Below, one piece after another: positions 60,961 through 64,000 of a DNA stretch of 64,000 bases; within the stretch, counting starts at the first letter, position 1, and each line of letters opens with the position of its first letter. Origin of the DNA: Candidatus Eiseniibacteriota bacterium (GTDB lineage Bacteria; Eisenbacteria; RBG-16-71-46; CAVPCR01); the NCBI GenBank assembly GCA_963702435.1, contig CAVPCR010000001.1, positions 1,216,001 through 1,280,000 of the forward strand. Reading direction: 5' to 3'. The translations under genes were made by a program, and so were the position numbers. Below the pieces are notes generated by a model. The model was not told the DNA's origin. It worked only from the letters and a program-made list of their open reading frames with translations, and searched no databases.

Positions 60961-62919
60961 TCACCCCGGCAGGTTCTCGATCGCGACCGGCTCGACGGGA
61001 TCGGCGAGCGCGAACCCGAAGACTCGCGAGTAGAAGTAGAGCTCGGCGTCGAAAGCGCGTTTGATGTTCTCGGCCTGCCGGAACCCGTGCATCTCTCCGG
61101 GGAAGGCGACATAGGCGACGGGAAGGCCCTTCCGGCGGAGTGCTGCGACCATCCGCTTGGCTTGGTCCGGCGGCACTACCGGATCGGCGAGCCCCTGGAA
61201 GAAGATCACCGGGCAGGAGAGCCGGTCGGTCGAGTGGATCGGCGAGCGCTCGACGTAGATGCTCTGGCGCTCGGGATAAGGGCCGACGAGCCGATCGAGA
61301 TAGCGCGACTCGAACTTGTGCGTGTCGCGGGCGAGCGCTTCGAGGTCGCTCACGCCGTAATGGCTGGCCCCCGCGCGAAAGACGTCGCGGAAAGTCAGCG
61401 CACAGAGGGTCGTGTAGCCGCCCGCGCTTCCACCCCGGATCGCAAGTCGCTCCCCATCCGCCTCGCCGCGTGCGACGAGCCATCGCGCACCGTTCGCGCA
61501 ATCGTCCACGTCGACGATGCCCCACTGCCCGTTCAGGCGCTCGCGGTAGGCGCGCCCGTATCCCGTCGAGCCGCCGTAGTTCACGTCGAGCACCGCGAAC
61601 CCGCGGCTCGTCCAGTACTGGATCGCGGGCCTCAGTGATGGACCGGCGGCGGAGGTGGGTCCGCCGTGGCTCAGGACGAGGAGCGGCGGGCGCTCGGTGG
61701 TAGGAGCAACGAAGTCCCGGTTCCGCGGCCGGTAGTAGAAGGCGTGCGCGGTGGCACCGCCGGTCGTCGGATACGTGACCGCCTCCGGCACAGAGAGCGT
61801 GTCCGGATCGATGACGAGATCGCTCGAACGCCGGAGGACCTGTGACGTTCCGGTCGCGAGATCGAGCTCGATGAGCGCTTCCGCCGCGGCCGGCGAACCA
61901 GCAGCGAAGACGGCACGCATCCCGTCGACGCGAAGGCCGGCTGACGGCGAGATGTCGGTCCACGGGAGAACGATCGGCGCAGCGCGCCCGTTGGCCGGAT
62001 CGACCAGGAGGAGACGCCAGACTCCTTCCTGCGTGACTGCGAGCAGAATCCGCCCGTCCCCGGCGAACCCGTAGGTCGCCATGCCGAATCCCCACTGCGG
62101 GAGCCCGCAGTCGGCCGCGATCGGGTAGACCGCTTCGGCAGTCCCGCCGCGTGCGCTCATCCGGTACAGGTTCCAGTACCCCGACCGATCCGAGACGAAG
62201 TAGAGATTGCCGGCCGGCGACCACTCCGGCTGGAAGATCGATTCCTCACGACCACCCGCCATTTTCTGCGGCACGTCGAGCGAGCCGCCGCCGGCGACGG
62301 CCGCCGTCCACAGCGTCGTCCCGTCCCACGGCATGTCGGGATGGTCCCAGGTCAGCCAGGCAAGGCGGGAGCCGTCCGGCGACAGCCGCGGCGAGGAGCA
62401 GAAATCGTGCCCGCCCGCGAGCACGCGCCCGCTGCTCGCCTCGCCCGCGAGATCGATCGCGACGAGCGCATTGACGGGCTCGCCGCCCCCGGAGTGATCC
62501 TCACGCACGCAGAGGATCCGCCGGCGCCGGCGGTCGACGATGCCGTCGGCGTAACGGTGGGCTCCGGGCGCGGTGACCGGCTCGGGCTCCGCGCCGGGGC
62601 GCACGCGATAGAGCCGCTGGTCTGAGAAGTTCGAGAAGTAGACGACGCCAGCGTCGACCAGGTAGGCGCCGCCGCCGTATTCGTGCACCCGCGTGCGCGC
62701 GTCGAACGGAGGGGGAATCACGTCGGCGATCGTCCCGGCGGCCGAGCGCTTGACGAGGGCGGAGCGCCCGCCCTCGGCCGGGCGCGCCTCGATCCAGTAG
62801 GTGTCGCCGCCTTCGAGCTCGATGCTCGCGAGGCGGATCGTCCCGGCAACGAGGAGACTCGGCGTGATGGGCGATCTCCACGAGCCGTACGGGGCGACGG
62901 TAAGCGCATGTGTCGGCAT
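60961..62919 (-). CDS. S9 family (prolyl oligopeptidase / acylaminoacyl) peptidase
   Basis: APYGSWRSPIT, RTRVHEYGGG, HGGPT, GGSAGG nucleophile, QGLADPVV, EMHGF; ATG 62919 chosen for RBS spacing. Confidence 0.93.
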   Translation of the reverse strand: MPTHALTVAPYGSWRSPITPSLLVAGTIRLASIELEGGDTYWIEARPAEGGRSALVKRSAAGTIADVIPPPFDARTRVHEYGGGAYLVDAGVVYFSNFSDQRLYRVRPGAEPEPVTAPGAHRYADGIVDRRRRRILCVREDHSGGGEPVNALVAIDLAGEASSGRVLAGGHDFCSSPRLSPDGSRLAWLTWDHPDMPWDGTTLWTAAVAGGGSLDVPQKMAGGREESIFQPEWSPAGNLYFVSDRSGYWNLYRMSARGGTAEAVYPIAADCGLPQWGFGMATYGFAGDGRILLAVTQEGVWRLLLVDPANGRAAPIVLPWTDISPSAGLRVDGMRAVFAAGSPAAAEALIELDLATGTSQVLRRSSDLVIDPDTLSVPEAVTYPTTGGATAHAFYYRPRNRDFVAPTTERPPLLVLSHGGPTSAAGPSLRPAIQYWTSRGFAVLDVNYGGSTGYGRAYRERLNGQWGIVDVDDCANGARWLVARGEADGERLAIRGGSAGGYTTLCALTFRDVFRAGASHYGVSDLEALARDTHKFESRYLDRLVGPYPERQSIYVERSPIHSTDRLSCPVIFFQGLADPVVPPDQAKRMVAALRRKGLPVAYVAFPGEMHGFRQAENIKRAFDAELYFYSRVFGFALADPVEPVAIENLPG

Positions 62920-63020
62920 CGGCGTCATCCTCCCTGGGCGGCAGCCCCGGCGCCAGTGTAGCGCCGCGGCCGTTATGGTAACCTGAATGGGGTGTAAAGG
63001 CCTCAGCTGCGGAGGTGCTG

Positions 63021-63258
63021 GTGCCGACCGTCTTTCGTTTGCTCGGCTATCGCTATCTTCTTCTACTCGTGTGAGCGGGCTGAACCTGCACATGCGCACG
63101 TCGAGCGGGATGACATGGTGGCGAAGCTCTGGCTTGATCCGGTCCGGCTCCAGAACAGCAGCGGGTTCCCGCGAGCCGAACTCCAGCGCATTCAACGTCT
63201 GGTCGAGAAGCATAGCGAACGGCTCATGAGGAGCTGGAATGAATACTTCCACGGCTGA
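63021..63258 (+). pseudogene. DUF4160 (HicA-like) putative toxin with a +1 frameshift
   Basis: GGAGGT RBS and GTG start. Removing one base near 63055 gives MPTVFRLLGYRFFFYSCERAEPAHAHVERDDMVAKLWLDPV...RSWNEYFHG. Confidence 0.8.
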
Positions 63259-63589
63259 GCCGCGGCCCGTCCGCGCAGTGAACGTCAGGGTCTCGCGCCA
63301 GGCACTGGCGGTCGATCTCTCGGATGGAAGAACAGTCCTCGTGCCGCTCGCCTGGTATCCAAGGCTGCTGCACGGCAGCACCGAGGAGCGAACCCACTGG
63401 CGGCTCATCGGTGCGGGAGAGGGTATCCACTGGCCCGATCTCGATGAAGACATCAGCGTCGAGGGCATTCTTGCCGGCCTACCGTCGGGTGAGAGTCAGA
63501 CGTCTTTCAAGACTTGGCTGGCCGGTCGCAGATCGATGCCCTCTCGCAAACGCGTCCAACGAGCTGGGACCAAGTCTCGCCGAAGCTGA
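63239..63589 (+). CDS. DUF2442 domain protein (putative antitoxin)
   Basis: LAVDLSDGRTVLVPLAWYPRLLHG...GIHWPDLDEDISVEGIL; overlaps the end of the DUF4160 gene. Confidence 0.88.
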   Translation: MNTSTAEPRPVRAVNVRVSRQALAVDLSDGRTVLVPLAWYPRLLHGSTEERTHWRLIGAGEGIHWPDLDEDISVEGILAGLPSGESQTSFKTWLAGRRSMPSRKRVQRAGTKSRRS

Positions 63590-63770
63590 GACCGGGTGGC
63601 CGCCGCCAGCACCTGCAGGGCCCGCTCGTTGTAGGCTGGCCCGGGATCACGCAGCGGGTCGTTCTCGCAGGCCAGTGCCGTGCGGCACCGCTGGCGCCGC
63701 CGGGCCCGCGGCGGTTTCGATTGCTTTCCGACGCGCGCGGCCCAATAATGCCCCTGTCGCGAGGGACATC

Positions 63771-64000
63771 ATGAACTGGTGGCTGTGGGTCGTCTTCGGC
63801 ATCGTCCTCGTCGGGTTCGAGCTCCTCACGCCCGGCGGCTTCTACGTCCTCTTCTTCGGCATCGCCGCGCTCGTCGTCGGCGGACTCTGCGCGGCGCATG
63901 CTGCCGGCCCCCCCTGGATGCAATGGCTCCTCTTCTCGGTCCTCGCGGTCGTCTCGCTCCTTCTCTTCCGGAATCGGCTGCTCGCGCACATGAAGCCCGA
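63771..64000 (+). CDS. NfeD-family (YbbJ-like) membrane protein, partial
   Basis: MNWWLWVVFGIVLVGFELLTPGGFYVLFFGIAALVVG...WMQWLLFSVLAVVSLLLFR; runs off the right edge. Confidence 0.8.
   Translation, partial: MNWWLWVVFGIVLVGFELLTPGGFYVLFFGIAALVVGGLCAAHAAGPPWMQWLLFSVLAVVSLLLFRNRLLAHMKP

Noticed and set aside
59601..61112. 899-aa version of the DUF4388 ORF, and extended starts of the S9 peptidase, beta subunit, chaperone and Rieske ORFs
   Set aside because: The extensions overlap neighbouring real genes. Internal starts with an RBS or coupled stop/start codons fit better.

Overview
This is a high-GC (roughly 70% by eye) Gram-negative bacterial region. Several secreted proteins end in a FlgD-Ig/T9SS-CTD-like domain, which suggests an FCB-related candidate lineage such as Ca. 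Eisenbacteria, Krumholzibacteriota or Latescibacterota (inference only). Two multi-gene systems stand out. (1) At about 6.2-24.1 kb, a large beta-helix adhesin and two small secreted proteins share a C-terminally incomplete DUF11-like Ig domain. The missing Asn-bearing strand(s) appear instead at the N-termini of the small proteins and of a ~1980-aa outer-membrane beta-barrel protein. This is a candidate donor-strand, isopeptide-linked fimbrial system, interleaved with a diguanylate cyclase, two histidine kinases and a FecR-like protein. (2) At about 42.3-56.1 kb, a tightly coupled 10-gene operon joins a cytoplasmic NAD(P)/FAD/Fe-S oxidoreductase, a Rieske protein, cytochrome b and a heptaheme cytochrome c to a periplasmic Nitrospira/anammox-type NXR/NAR-like molybdoenzyme (alpha, beta, gamma, chaperone), followed by DUF438 and DUF1858 proteins. 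Between them is a plastic region with a truncated IS91-family transposase, oriIS-like end copies (three in the window), FG-GAP and LVIVD surface proteins, a FG-GAP pseudogene and a kinase-STAND-TPR protein. The right end holds S10 and S9 peptidases, pilT with a DUF4388-degenerate PilT fusion, a frameshifted DUF4160/DUF2442 toxin-antitoxin pair and a partial NfeD gene. No rRNA, tRNA or CRISPR array was seen. All family assignments come from motif recognition by eye; no searches were run.
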